Source: Bacteroidota bacterium
GTDB lineage: Bacteria > Bacteroidota > Bacteroidia > Palsa-965
Length of the DNA stretch: 64,000 nucleotides
Assembly (NCBI GenBank): GCA_046335555.1
Contig: JBKDHA010000186.1
Span: 4,912 to 68,911, forward strand
Reading direction: 5' to 3'
The position numbers were made by a program, and so were the translations under genes. The notes under the pieces are model-generated. The model was given only the letters and a program-made list of their open reading frames with translations, had not been told where the DNA came from and did not search any database. Within the stretch, counting starts at the first letter, position 1. Each line of letters begins with the position of its first letter. Shown one piece after another: positions 54,390-64,000 of this stretch.

Positions 54390-55151
54390 CTACATTTTCC
54401 GCAACTGCTCACGGAACGATTTCAGGAACTTCGTAGCGTAAACAAAATCCGACAACTCTTTAACATCGGCAGTCAAAATTTCGTGACGGTTGCCTTCCCA
54501 AAGTTTTGCGCCTTTGTGCAGAAATGCAATTTTATCGCCAATCTCCAGCACCGAATTCATATCATGTGTAATGACAATAGTTGTCATCTTATACTCTTCG
54601 GTAATTTCCTGAATCAGCTCATCAATGCGGATAGCTGTTAGCGGATCAAGGCCGGAGTTCGGCTCGTCGCAAAACAGGTAACGTGGTTTAAGTGAAATGG
54701 CGCGGGCAATGGCTACGCGCTTTTTCATGCCTCCGCTGATTTCAGCAGGATACAGTTTTGCCGATTGCGGAAGGTTAACGCGTTCCAAACAAAACATAAC
54801 ACGGTCGCGCTTCTCGGCTTCAGTCATCGTTGTAAACAGATTGAGCGGAAACATTACATTCTCCTCAACTGTCATAGAATCGAAAAGCGCACCGCCCTGA
54901 AACAGCATGCCTATTTGCTGACGCACATCTTTGCGCGCCTCAAAATCCATCTTCAAAAAATCTTTCCCGTCGTAAAGTACTTCACCGGTTTCGGGTGTAA
55001 TCAAACCTACCATGCACTTTGAAAGCACCGATTTACCGGTTCCGCTTTCGCCAATAATCAGGTTCGATTTGCCTTCTTCAAACGTGAATGAAAAGTCGCG
55101 CAACACAACTTTCTCACCAAATGCTTTGCTCAGATTCTTTACTTCGATCAT
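54390..55151 (-). CDS. ABC transporter ATP-binding protein (MlaF-like)
   Basis: Walker A GESGTGKS, ABC signature ISGGMKKRVAIARA and Walker B LFCDEP. Translationally coupled to the upstream permease gene. Confidence 0.85.
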   Translation of the reverse strand: MIEVKNLSKAFGEKVVLRDFSFTFEEGKSNLIIGESGTGKSVLSKCMVGLITPETGEVLYDGKDFLKMDFEARKDVRQQIGMLFQGGALFDSMTVEENVMFPLNLFTTMTEAEKRDRVMFCLERVNLPQSAKLYPAEISGGMKKRVAIARAISLKPRYLFCDEPNSGLDPLTAIRIDELIQEITEEYKMTTIVITHDMNSVLEIGDKIAFLHKGAKLWEGNRHEILTADVKELSDFVYATKFLKSFREQLRKM

Positions 55152-55897
55152 GCCAGCAGCAATTGAGTGAGCAAAAAGTTAAAACACAGCAGCGCAATAA
55201 TACTATAAACTACAGCATTGGTACTCGACTGCCCTACTTCGAGCGAACCGCCCTTGGTATAATAGCCATGATAGGCCGAAACAGAAGGGATAATAAAGCC
55301 AAAAACTGCTGTTTTAATTAACGCATAAAACACATTGTAGGGGCGAAATTCATACTGAATACCATATACAAATTCGTAAGGCGTTACAACTCCCGAAGCC
55401 ACACCAAGCACAAAACCGCCAATGTGACCGAGGAACATGGAAATCATTACCACAAACGGGAAAATAGCTACCGATGCCAATACTTTGGGCAAAATCAGAA
55501 AGCTGGCCGAGTTTACACCCATAACATCGAGTGCATCAATTTGCTCGGTTACGCGCATGTTGCCAATTTCTGACGCAATACTGGAACCAACTTTACCGGC
55601 CAGAATGAGACTTACAATAGTGGGCGAAAATTCGAGAATGATAGAATCGCGGGCGGCAAGACCAACAGCATAGAGCGGAATCCACGGACTTTCGAAACCG
55701 AAAGCGGCCTGAATGGTAATAACCGCGCCCATGAAAATGGAAATGATAGCTACAATGCCCAGCGAACCGATACCGATAGCGTCAACTTCATGGAAAAAAC
55801 GCTGCCAAAAAATCTTTCGCTTTTCAGGTTTGCGGAAGACCTGAAGCATCAGCAGCCAGTAGCGGCCAATATGGTAGAAAAGGTTTGTTGGACTCAT
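55148..55897 (-). CDS. ABC transporter permease (MlaE-like)
   Basis: 249-aa polytopic protein with an MlaE/Ttg2B-type pattern. Its ATGA overlaps the ATPase gene. Confidence 0.8.
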   Translation of the reverse strand: MSPTNLFYHIGRYWLLMLQVFRKPEKRKIFWQRFFHEVDAIGIGSLGIVAIISIFMGAVITIQAAFGFESPWIPLYAVGLAARDSIILEFSPTIVSLILAGKVGSSIASEIGNMRVTEQIDALDVMGVNSASFLILPKVLASVAIFPFVVMISMFLGHIGGFVLGVASGVVTPYEFVYGIQYEFRPYNVFYALIKTAVFGFIIPSVSAYHGYYTKGGSLEVGQSSTNAVVYSIIALLCFNFLLTQLLLA

Positions 55898-55958
55898 CTG
55901 TGAAGGACAAAAATAGCGATTATTTCGGGGCTAAGTGTTGCCCTTTTTTGTGTATCGC

Positions 55959-58715
55959 TTAACGAATCACATTCACATGCCCGTATCGGCGGACGAGCGC
56001 GCCACCGGTGCAGGTTGACCGGTATTCAATCTGATAAACATAAGTGTCGATTTGAACGATAGTGCCTTTGTAAGTTCCGTCCCAACCATTCACAATATCA
56101 GTAGTTTCGCATATAAGCTGCCCCCAACGGTCAAAGATCAGGAGATGAAAATCAGTAATGCCTTCGCCGTAGGCTGTAAATTTATCGTTATTGCCATTTC
56201 CATTAGGTGTAAATGTATTGGGGACAAACAATGCACCGACTCCCGAAACACCATTAATTTGAATAGTATCTGCGATGATGCATGAACCGGCGGTGATAAG
56301 CACAGTATAAACGCCCGGTTCACTCACACTAATGCTGCTGGTTGTGGCTCCGGTATTCCAGAGCCATGCCGATGCACCAGCAACCGAAGCATCAAGCTCA
56401 AGACCCAAACCACCGCAAAGCGTGAGTTCACGTTGCAGTCCCGGACGCAACAGGTAAACAACATTGACGGTATCGGCAGTCAAACAGTTTCCCAAACTCA
56501 CTTGCACAGAATATGTCCCCGAACTATCCGGCAAAATAGTTTGCGTTTGCTCGCCGGTGTTCCATGTAAAAACAGCTCCGGGGTTTCCGGCATCCAGCAC
56601 CAGCACATTATCAGGGCAAACCAACGAGTCTGGCCCGAGATTTACTAATGGCACAGGATCAACCTGCACTATAATTGAATCACGAAGTACACATGGCGGC
56701 GTGGTGGTTTCAACCCAATAGATACCGGCAGTAGTAACCGTAATTACTGACGCGGTATCGCCTGTGCTCCACAACCAGGTTGCACCCGCACCACCATTGA
56801 GTTGAACAGTTTGCCCTTGGCAAATATTTGTATCGTTGCCAATTGCAGGCGGAAGCACAATCTGCACCTGCACACTGTCGGTATCGCTGCACGCACCATT
56901 GGTAACTACAACCGAGTAGATCCCCGATGCTGAGGCAGTTATTGTTTGGGTTGTATCACCGGTTGACCATGCGTAAGTTGCAGCGTTTGCCCCTGCATCA
57001 AGCAGCAGCGACGATGCACATAAAATCGTGTCGCTCCCCAAATCAACTACAGGAGCAGGTTGTACGGTAACAACCACTGTAGCTGTATCAGAAGTGGGGC
57101 CGCAGGTAGCGGGGCCGGTGATGATAAGCGTTACCGTATAAGTTCCTGCCTGTGTGAAGGTGTAACTAGGTTGCGGCAAACTACTTGTATCGGCAGTGGT
57201 ATTTGTATCACCAAAATTCCAGTTGTATTGAACTTGCGGATTTGAACTAACAGGCGAAAATACTACAGGCAACGGCGCACAACCAGTTGTGGATGTATTC
57301 AGCGAAAATGTGGCATTAAGCAATGAACTTGCCGGGCATAACGGATCGCGTTGATAGCGCCACAAAGCATTGGTACGACCGCTGGTAGCCGTCCAGCCAC
57401 CAAACATCCAAAAATCGCCGACAAGATCCTGAAAGCTCACACTGCCGCCTGCCGATTCGGGATAATTAGTGGCTGCAGGAACTTGCAAGGTTCCATAGTT
57501 TCCTGGCTGATTAATCAAAAAGTTGCCACCAATCCAATTGAACTGGCTTGTAAGTGGATCAAACATCCAAAGATCATTGAGTGCGCCAGCAGAAGAGAAG
57601 CCGCCCCATTGCCAGAAATTTCCGCACTCATCAGTCCAGCAAGTTCTGCCTTCAAATCGCCCTTGCGGATACGCAGACGTGAACTGGCACTGGGTTTGAA
57701 AAGTTGACGGTGGATTATTTGTGTTGGGGCCTGCCATCCACGTCCACAAGTTTGTGGTTGGATCATACATCCACATATCCGACATCTTTGGCGTCAATAA
57801 CAATTGACCGCCATAGAACCAAAAACGACCTTGTGTATCTTTCCATTTCGAGTAGCTGTAACGCGCACCTGGAGTGTTTGTAGCGGCGGGCACTTGTAGC
57901 GTACCCCAGTTAGCAGGCAAATTGGGAGTGCTGCTGCCGCTCATCCATGTCCACAAATTTGTGGTCGGATCGTATTTCCACATATCGTTATAAAAACCGG
58001 CATCAGCCCCACCGAAAATCCATAGTTCGCCCGAATTACTCACCCACGTTGCATTCGACTCTGAACGGGCGGGCGGCATGTTTGTGGCGGCGGCTACCTG
58101 CAATGTGCCATAATTGCCTTGGTTGTTAGCTACATTGGTTCCTGCCATCCATGTCCACTCATTGGTAGCAATCGAATATCTCCATAAATCGTTAAGTTCA
58201 CCAACATTTCCAACAGCATCAAAGCCATATCCACCAAAGAGCCATAAATCGCCAGCTACATCAGTCCAAGTACCTGCTCCCCAGGCACGCGATCCAGGTA
58301 TATTTGTTGGCGAAGGCACACCCTGAACACCGTAGCTACCTGCTTGCTGAAATCCTGTTGTTCCGCTTATCCAAGTCCAGTTATTGGTGATCGGGTCAAA
58401 CTTCCAGAGTGCAGTTGCTTCTTGAATAGGCCCAACCCTTAGCCCGCCAAAAAACCAGAAATTGCCTTGTAGATCTGTCCACTGCGCAACCTCATACAGA
58501 GCCGGTGGTTCGTTGCCGGGTGCAGGCACACCTTGAATCCCAAAGTTTCCTGTTGCGTTATTGGAGCTGCTTCCCTTCATCCATGTCCATATACCATTCT
58601 GTCCCTGCAAACTAACACCTGCTGTAAGCAGAAGCAGAAGCATGCAGAAACGAAAAGACATGGGATAGTTCCGGGACATTATCGAGGTTGGGTTAGTTAT
58701 CGAAATATAGAACAA
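55959..58715 (-). CDS. Kelch/galactose-oxidase-like repeat protein with Ig-like domains and a type-B T9SS C-terminal sorting domain
   Basis: N-terminal Kelch-like W-rich repeats (WTWM.G). Central Ig-like/PKD-like repeats. C-terminus PNTFTPNGNGNNDKFTAYGEGITDFHLLIFDRWGQLI...YVYQIEY matches the gliding-motility CTD (TIGR04131-like). Confidence 0.7.
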   Translation of the reverse strand: MFYISITNPTSIMSRNYPMSFRFCMLLLLLTAGVSLQGQNGIWTWMKGSSSNNATGNFGIQGVPAPGNEPPALYEVAQWTDLQGNFWFFGGLRVGPIQEATALWKFDPITNNWTWISGTTGFQQAGSYGVQGVPSPTNIPGSRAWGAGTWTDVAGDLWLFGGYGFDAVGNVGELNDLWRYSIATNEWTWMAGTNVANNQGNYGTLQVAAATNMPPARSESNATWVSNSGELWIFGGADAGFYNDMWKYDPTTNLWTWMSGSSTPNLPANWGTLQVPAATNTPGARYSYSKWKDTQGRFWFYGGQLLLTPKMSDMWMYDPTTNLWTWMAGPNTNNPPSTFQTQCQFTSAYPQGRFEGRTCWTDECGNFWQWGGFSSAGALNDLWMFDPLTSQFNWIGGNFLINQPGNYGTLQVPAATNYPESAGGSVSFQDLVGDFWMFGGWTATSGRTNALWRYQRDPLCPASSLLNATFSLNTSTTGCAPLPVVFSPVSSNPQVQYNWNFGDTNTTADTSSLPQPSYTFTQAGTYTVTLIITGPATCGPTSDTATVVVTVQPAPVVDLGSDTILCASSLLLDAGANAATYAWSTGDTTQTITASASGIYSVVVTNGACSDTDSVQVQIVLPPAIGNDTNICQGQTVQLNGGAGATWLWSTGDTASVITVTTAGIYWVETTTPPCVLRDSIIVQVDPVPLVNLGPDSLVCPDNVLVLDAGNPGAVFTWNTGEQTQTILPDSSGTYSVQVSLGNCLTADTVNVVYLLRPGLQRELTLCGGLGLELDASVAGASAWLWNTGATTSSISVSEPGVYTVLITAGSCIIADTIQINGVSGVGALFVPNTFTPNGNGNNDKFTAYGEGITDFHLLIFDRWGQLICETTDIVNGWDGTYKGTIVQIDTYVYQIEYRSTCTGGALVRRYGHVNVIR

Positions 58716-58840
58716 ACCAGCTTGGTAACAGTTCGTTTTAGATTAAAACTTGCCTGATAGTGAAAAATACTTGGTTAGTGTTCCAAACAACTTTAAATAA
58801 AACGGGAGCTGAAATCAGCTCCCGTTTTTCCCTTTATAGC

Positions 58841-61800
58841 TTACTGTCCGTGACAGTTTTTATACTTCTTCCCAGATCCGCAGGGGCAAGGATCATTGCG
58901 CCCTACTTTGGGATCTTGCCGCACTACCTGCTGCACAACGGGCTGTTGACGTTGCTGCGGTATTCCGTTTTCGCCTTGCTGAACGGGTTGCTGTTGCTGC
59001 TGCTGCGGTGCGGCTCCAACTTCTTCGCGGGTGGTTTGAAGTTTGGGCTGGGGCTGCTGACGCGGCGGTGCATTGCGCAACTGCTGTTCCTGAATAACAT
59101 CGGCATCGCCTTTCGGTACATCACCGTGAAACAAGAACGAAACAATTTCGCGGTTCGTTTCGCCGGCCATGCGTTTGAACAGATCAAACGACTCGAACTT
59201 GTAGATCAGCAGCGGGTCTTTCTGTTCGTAAACGGCATTCTGAACGCTTTGTTTCAGATCGTCCATTTCACGCAGATGCTCTTTCCACGCATCATCAATC
59301 ATGGAAAGAATAGTGCCTTTCTCGAATGTAGAAACCAGCTCGCGGCCTTGTGTTTCGTAACATTTTTTAAGATTGGCAACAGCGTGCATTGTCTTTATTC
59401 CATCAGTAACCGGGGTTACAATGTTTTCGTACTGTGCAGCTTGTGTTTCATAAACATTCTTTACCACAGGCCAGAACTGCTGCGCCATGCGAGCCGATTT
59501 CTGACGATAGTGATCGAGAATTGTGGTGTACAGTTTATCAGAAATCTCACCGGGTTTCATGGCACTGAATTCATCAGGGCGTACCGGCGATTCGATGCCG
59601 AACAAGCGGAGACAGTCAATTTCAAACTGACTGAAGTTTTGTGATTCGCTGGTTTCTGTGGCAATGTTTTCGCAAACATCATGCACCATGTTTGCAATGT
59701 CGAGCTGAAGACGTTCGCCAAACAAGGCATTGCGGCGGCGTTTGTAAATCACCTCGCGCTGTGCATTCATCACATCATCATACTCGATCAACCGCTTACG
59801 TGTGCCGAAGTGGTTTTCTTCCACTTTCTTCTGCGCACGCTCAATCGACTTGGTAATCATGCTGTGCTGAATTACTTCGCCTTCTTTCAAACCCATGCGA
59901 TCCATCATGCGGGCAATGCGGTCGGAACCGAAAAGACGCATGAGATCATCTTCAAGCGAAACGAAGAACTGCGAAGTACCTGTATCGCCCTGACGACCGG
60001 CGCGACCACGCAGCTGGCGGTCAACGCGGCGGCTTTCGTGGCGCTCCGTACCGATAATGGCCAAACCACCGGCTTCGCGCACACCGGGTCCGAGCTTGAT
60101 GTCGGTACCGCGACCGGCCATGTTGGTGGCAATGGTAACTGTGCCGGGCAAACCTGCTTCGGCAACAATATCGGCTTCGCGCTGGTGCTGCTTGGCGTTA
60201 AGTACGTTGTGCTTGATATTGCGGAGTTTGAGCATACGGCTCAGCAATTCCGAAATTTCTACCGATGTTGTACCCACCAGTATCGGACGGCCATCGGCAA
60301 CGCATTTTACAATTTCGTCGATAACCGCATTGTACTTTTCGCGCTTGGTCTTGTAAACAAGATCCTCGCGATCCTGACGTATAATTGCTCTGTTGGTGGG
60401 AATGGTAACTACATCAAGTTTGTAGATCGTCCAGAATTCCTGTGCTTCCGTTTCGGCTGTACCGGTCATGCCGGCCAGCTTGTGATACATACGGAAATAG
60501 TTCTGCAATGTAACGGTAGCGTAGGTTTGTGTAGCCGCTTCTACTTTTACATTTTCTTTTGATTCGATAGCTTGGTGCAGACCGTCTGAATAACGGCGGC
60601 CATCAAGAATACGGCCGGTTTGTTCATCTACAATCTGAACTTTTCCGTTCATTACCACATACTCAACATCTTTCTCAAACAGACAGTAGGCTTTGAGCAA
60701 CTGCTGCATGGAGTGAACACGTTCAGATTTTATGTTGTAATCGCGGATAAAATCTTCTTTGGCAATGAGGCGTTCTTTTTCGTCGGTATGCTTGCGTTCG
60801 AGTTCTACGAGTTCGGCTGCAAGATCAGGAAGGACAAAGAAGTGCTGATCTTCAATATTTTTGGAGATCAGATCAATGCCTTTTTCGGACAGCTCAATGG
60901 TATTGTGTTTTTCATCAATCACGAAAAACAGTTCGGCATCTACCTTGTGCATTTCGCGCTGCTGATCCTGCATGTAGAAGTTTTCTGTTTTCTGCAGCAG
61001 GGCTTTCACACCTTGTTCACTGAGGAACTTGATGAGTGCTTTGTTTTTCGGAAGTCCACGGTAGCAGCGCAATACGGCCATTCCGGCTTCCTTCTCTTTT
61101 TCTTTGTTGTTCTGACTTTCGGTGAACAGTTTTTTTGCGTCGGCCAGAATGGTGTTGATGTAAGAGCGCTGTGCGTTTACCAATATTTCAACACGCGGCT
61201 TCAGCTCGTGAAACATGTGGTTATCGCCTTTGGGTGTTGGGCCTGCAATAATGAGCGGTGTACGCGCATCATCAATAAGCACCGAGTCAACCTCATCCAC
61301 AATAGCATAGTGGTGTTTGCGCTGCACAAGTTCTTCGGGTGTGCGCGACATATTATCACGCAGATAATCGAAGCCGAACTCGTTGTTGGTACCGTAAGTA
61401 ATATCAGCCAAATAAGCCTGGCGGCGCGGCAGTGAGTTCGACTCGTGCATGTCGATGCAGTCAACCGTAAGGCCGAGGAACTCAAACAGCGGTCCGTTCC
61501 ATTCGGAGTCGCGGCGGGCGAGGTAGTTGTTAACGGTAACAACGTGTACGCCTCGTCCGGCAAGGGCATTGAGGTAAACCGGCAATGTAGCCACAAGGGT
61601 TTTACCTTCGCCGGTTGCCATTTCAGCAATTTTACCCTGATGCAGTACTGTACCGCCGATAAGCTGTACATCATAATGCACCATGTTCCATTTCACTTCA
61701 TTTCCGGCGGCAATCCAACTGTTTTTCCAGATGGCTTTATCGCCTTCGATGCGGATATGCGGACGTTTTACGGCCAGATTGCGGTCGTGCTCGGTAGCAG

Positions 61801-62203
61801 TAACCGTAAGTTCTTCGTTCTCTGCCAGGCGGCGTGATGTTTCTTTTACCACGGCAAATGCTTCGGGCAGAATTTCGAGCAGTACCTCCTCAATTTTCTT
61901 GAGGACAGTTTTCTCAATACTGTCGGCCTCCGCAAAGAGGCGTTCCTGATCGTCGATTGGAGTTTCGGGGTTTTCGGCTTGCAGTTTGAGGGCAAGGATT
62001 TCGCCTTCTTCTTTGCTTATGTATTCGCTGATGCGTTTACGGAACTCATCGGTTTTGGCGCGGAGCTCATCAATAGAGAGAGCACGCAGTTTATCACCAA
62101 ACGCGAGGGTTTCATTTACATAAGGCATAACCTCCTTCACATCGCGCTCAGATTTTGAGCCGCCGAGGAGTTTTGAAATACTTTTTACGATGCTATCGAA
62201 CAT
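58841..62203 (-). CDS. secA: Preprotein translocase ATPase SecA
   Basis: 1120 aa with DEAD-like motor motifs and a C-terminal zinc finger ([14 protein letters not shown]). Confidence 0.97.
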   Translation of the reverse strand: MFDSIVKSISKLLGGSKSERDVKEVMPYVNETLAFGDKLRALSIDELRAKTDEFRKRISEYISKEEGEILALKLQAENPETPIDDQERLFAEADSIEKTVLKKIEEVLLEILPEAFAVVKETSRRLAENEELTVTATEHDRNLAVKRPHIRIEGDKAIWKNSWIAAGNEVKWNMVHYDVQLIGGTVLHQGKIAEMATGEGKTLVATLPVYLNALAGRGVHVVTVNNYLARRDSEWNGPLFEFLGLTVDCIDMHESNSLPRRQAYLADITYGTNNEFGFDYLRDNMSRTPEELVQRKHHYAIVDEVDSVLIDDARTPLIIAGPTPKGDNHMFHELKPRVEILVNAQRSYINTILADAKKLFTESQNNKEKEKEAGMAVLRCYRGLPKNKALIKFLSEQGVKALLQKTENFYMQDQQREMHKVDAELFFVIDEKHNTIELSEKGIDLISKNIEDQHFFVLPDLAAELVELERKHTDEKERLIAKEDFIRDYNIKSERVHSMQQLLKAYCLFEKDVEYVVMNGKVQIVDEQTGRILDGRRYSDGLHQAIESKENVKVEAATQTYATVTLQNYFRMYHKLAGMTGTAETEAQEFWTIYKLDVVTIPTNRAIIRQDREDLVYKTKREKYNAVIDEIVKCVADGRPILVGTTSVEISELLSRMLKLRNIKHNVLNAKQHQREADIVAEAGLPGTVTIATNMAGRGTDIKLGPGVREAGGLAIIGTERHESRRVDRQLRGRAGRQGDTGTSQFFVSLEDDLMRLFGSDRIARMMDRMGLKEGEVIQHSMITKSIERAQKKVEENHFGTRKRLIEYDDVMNAQREVIYKRRRNALFGERLQLDIANMVHDVCENIATETSESQNFSQFEIDCLRLFGIESPVRPDEFSAMKPGEISDKLYTTILDHYRQKSARMAQQFWPVVKNVYETQAAQYENIVTPVTDGIKTMHAVANLKKCYETQGRELVSTFEKGTILSMIDDAWKEHLREMDDLKQSVQNAVYEQKDPLLIYKFESFDLFKRMAGETNREIVSFLFHGDVPKGDADVIQEQQLRNAPPRQQPQPKLQTTREEVGAAPQQQQQQPVQQGENGIPQQRQQPVVQQVVRQDPKVGRNDPCPCGSGKKYKNCHGQ

Positions 62204-62400
62204 GAGCGTAACGGGTAAATGGCAAAGACAGCCGCATTATGGGGCATACTTTGACAGGATTGCAAAAGTAGCATTTTCTGCCGGACGTTTGGGCGAAAAC
62301 AGCTTGGCAATGCGCATCAATGATCGTTCCCCTCAACAAAGTGCAGGCTGTAGCTGCCAAACTTGCCGAAACCGAGGCAAATCTTCGGCCGAAATGGCAG

Positions 62401-62433
62401 AAAACAAACCGGGGAAACCGATATGGTTTCCCC
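62401..62433 (-). terminator. Intrinsic terminator on the minus strand
   Basis: Perfect stem ggggaaacc / ggtttcccc around the loop gatat. On the minus strand it is followed by TTTGTTTT. Confidence 0.5.
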
Positions 62434-62494
62434 GATGTACCGCTTCTGCGGTGAAGTGTGTTCAATAAATGGCTGCCAGAACTCGGGGTATCTA

Positions 62495-62612
62495 TTAAAA
62501 CTCAAAAGATTGAGGCGGACGCAGAAGCGAAAACCACACCCTCAGTATTGCGGGGAGTGTAAATGAGGATTTTCGTAACTAGTCCAACGAAGATATTTTG
62601 AGTTTTCAGAGA
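62495..62612. repeat. ~120-bp nested-palindromic intergenic repeat, copy B
   Basis: Matches copy A (16551-16668) with near-identical ends and a divergent central hairpin. Confidence 0.7.
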
Positions 62613-62618
62613 TTTCCC

Positions 62619-62840
62619 TCAGTACTCGTCTTCATTGAAGAAGAAGTCTTCCTTGGTAGGATAGTCGGGCCAGATCTCCTCAATGGTTTCATAGGCCTCG
62701 CCTTCATCTTCAATTTCCTGCAAGTTTTCGATTACTTCCATCGGAGCGCCGGAGCGGATGGCATAGTCGATGAGTTCTTCTTTCGTAGCCGGCCAGGGTG
62801 CATCTTCAAGGTAGGAAGCAAGTTCAAGGGTCCAATACAT
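62619..62840 (-). CDS. DUF2795-like small acidic protein
   Basis: 73 aa. The YLEDAPWPATKEELIDYAIRSGAPMEVIENL pattern resembles DUF2795. Confidence 0.5.
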   Translation of the reverse strand: MYWTLELASYLEDAPWPATKEELIDYAIRSGAPMEVIENLQEIEDEGEAYETIEEIWPDYPTKEDFFFNEDEY

Positions 62841-63060
62841 ACGCGAAGGGTATTTAAATGTTTTGTTTTGTTTACAACGAGGATTTGTTCAAAATGTTAC
62901 ACACTGCACAGGCAGGTATTATTTTTCACCTCAATATTCGTGCAAAAGTAAAATTTTATGGAGGCGATCAAACGTTAACCCCTAAATTTTACAAAGAAGT
63001 AAATTATTGAAGTTCAATAATTTGAGTTTTTTTTCAACATAAAGTTTTCAGCAGCCCTGT

Positions 63061-63609
63061 TTACATGCGTGGTTTCCAGGGTGTTTCTGTGGCTCCAAGG
63101 TCTTTTGTGAGCTTTCGGGAAAGCACAAAAAGATAGTCGGACAGCCGATTAAGATATTGTGAAATAAGCTGATTGAGTTCTGCCGTTTCTGCCAGATGCG
63201 TCACATTCCGTTCGGCCCGGCGGCAAACGCAGCGGGCCACATGACAATGCGAAACGGTAATATGTCCGCCCGGCAGCACAAAGCTCCGCATGGGCGGAAG
63301 TTCCTCGTTCATGGCATCAATAGCCAGTTCGAGTCGCGTAATATCAGCCGCTTCGAGTTCCGGAAGTTTCATCTTCGATTTTTCCGGATCGGCAGCCAGC
63401 AGTGAGCCCATTGTAAAAAGGCGATCCTGAATTTCAATCAGCAAATCGGTAACGGCTGTTTCTGCAATCGAATCGCGCAGTACGCCAATCCACGAGTTAA
63501 GTTCATCAACCGTGCCGTAAGCTTCAATGCGGATATGATGCTTGGGAACTCGTGTTCCGCCGATGAGCGAGGTCTGGCCTTTATCGCCTGTTTTGGTGTA
63601 AATTTTCAT
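63061..63609 (-). CDS. PduO-type ATP:cob(I)alamin adenosyltransferase
   Basis: MKIYTKTGDKGQTSLIGGTRVPKHHIRIEAYGTVDELNSWIG... is the canonical PduO/ATR N-terminus. 182 aa. Confidence 0.85.
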   Translation of the reverse strand: MKIYTKTGDKGQTSLIGGTRVPKHHIRIEAYGTVDELNSWIGVLRDSIAETAVTDLLIEIQDRLFTMGSLLAADPEKSKMKLPELEAADITRLELAIDAMNEELPPMRSFVLPGGHITVSHCHVARCVCRRAERNVTHLAETAELNQLISQYLNRLSDYLFVLSRKLTKDLGATETPWKPRM

Positions 63610-63708
63610 ACTCAGTATTGCACAACAAAGCGTCCGGCAGTTTGTTCACCGCTGCTGTTTTGCACCCCGAAGATATGCACTGCTGAACGTAATACCGACA
63701 TGTGCTGA

Positions 63709-64000
63709 TTAACTTAATTCATTCAGCAGTTTGAGTTGAATGCCGGTATAGCCGGAGTCGATTTGCGAAAGATATGCCTTGAAATCGCCGCCTATCCAAG
63801 TACTCAATTCAAAAATCAATTGCCGGACTGTTGTTGCCGAAGAACTGCAATACTTCCCTTGCTGGTTAAAACATATTGGTTCATGATGACTGATGCGGTT
63901 TCTGAAATTTCGTATCAGTCTAAGTTTGGGGAAAATTTCTGTTTCAGATATACCAATAGGAATGGTTTTAAAAGCATTAAGCGGAATTCTGTTCAGCGTA
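63709..64000 (-). CDS. C-terminal fragment of a possible Abi_2 (AbiD/AbiF-like) abortive-infection family protein (5' part beyond the window)
   Basis: The minus-strand frame is open from the window edge to TAA at 63709-63711: ...IRNFRNRISHHEPICFNQQGKYCSSSATTVRQLIFELSTWIGGDFKAYLSQIDSGYTGIQLKLLNELS*. The RN...HH....N arrangement resembles the conserved Abi_2 motif. Absent from the ORF track because the start lies outside the window. Confidence 0.35.
   Translation of the reverse strand, partial: TLNRIPLNAFKTIPIGISETEIFPKLRLIRNFRNRISHHEPICFNQQGKYCSSSATTVRQLIFELSTWIGGDFKAYLSQIDSGYTGIQLKLLNELS

Noticed and set aside
1-64000. CRISPR arrays, tRNA or rRNA genes
   Set aside because: I saw no regularly spaced short direct repeats and no tRNA- or rRNA-like sequences in any intergenic region. 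The only repeats are the two-copy 120-bp palindromic element and the 420-bp inverted duplication.

Overview
This 64-kb window looks like chromosomal DNA from a member of the Bacteroidota, most likely of the Sphingobacteriia/Chitinophagia type. The basis is gene content and order: proteins with type-A and type-B T9SS C-terminal sorting domains, FeoAB, SecA, RNase G, MutY-SSB-HU, MlaEF-like ABC genes and many OmpA/PD40/TPR lipoproteins. I found no rRNA, tRNA or CRISPR array. Most of the window is core housekeeping, interspersed with small accessory islets.

The features worth a second look are:
- A conserved operon of unknown function (8.4-15.1 kb): SpoIIM-like, two membrane proteins, DUF4129, DUF4350, a MoxR AAA+ ATPase and a DUF58 vWA-like protein, with a divergent RDD-family gene upstream.
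- A tight lipid-type biosynthetic operon (20.5-23.7 kb): sulfotransferase, acyl carrier protein and two FabH-like KAS III enzymes.
- An HExxH (DUF4157-like) protein with a glycine-zipper C-terminus (5.1-6.3 kb), followed by an in-frame, degenerate 50-bp relic of the RNase G 3' end. This points to a past insertion or duplication at the rng 3' end.
- A ~120-bp nested-palindromic repeat present twice (16.55 kb and 62.50 kb). In both places it sits between a minus-strand stop codon and that gene's intrinsic terminator.
- An AbiEi/AbiEii-like HTH plus nucleotidyltransferase pair (28.0-29.2 kb), next to a halogenase-like flavoprotein.
- A RelE/ParE toxin-antitoxin pair whose toxin carries a 1-nt frameshift (53.9-54.4 kb).
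- A ~420-bp inverted duplication carrying a small secreted-protein gene (32.14 kb and 49.09 kb), bracketing about 16.5 kb.
- A BNR/propeller T9SS protein gene broken by a 46-nt insertion.
- A 31-aa, very basic bS22-like ORF.
- A partial Abi_2-like ORF at the right edge.

All calls come from reading the sequence and the translations by eye; I ran no database searches.
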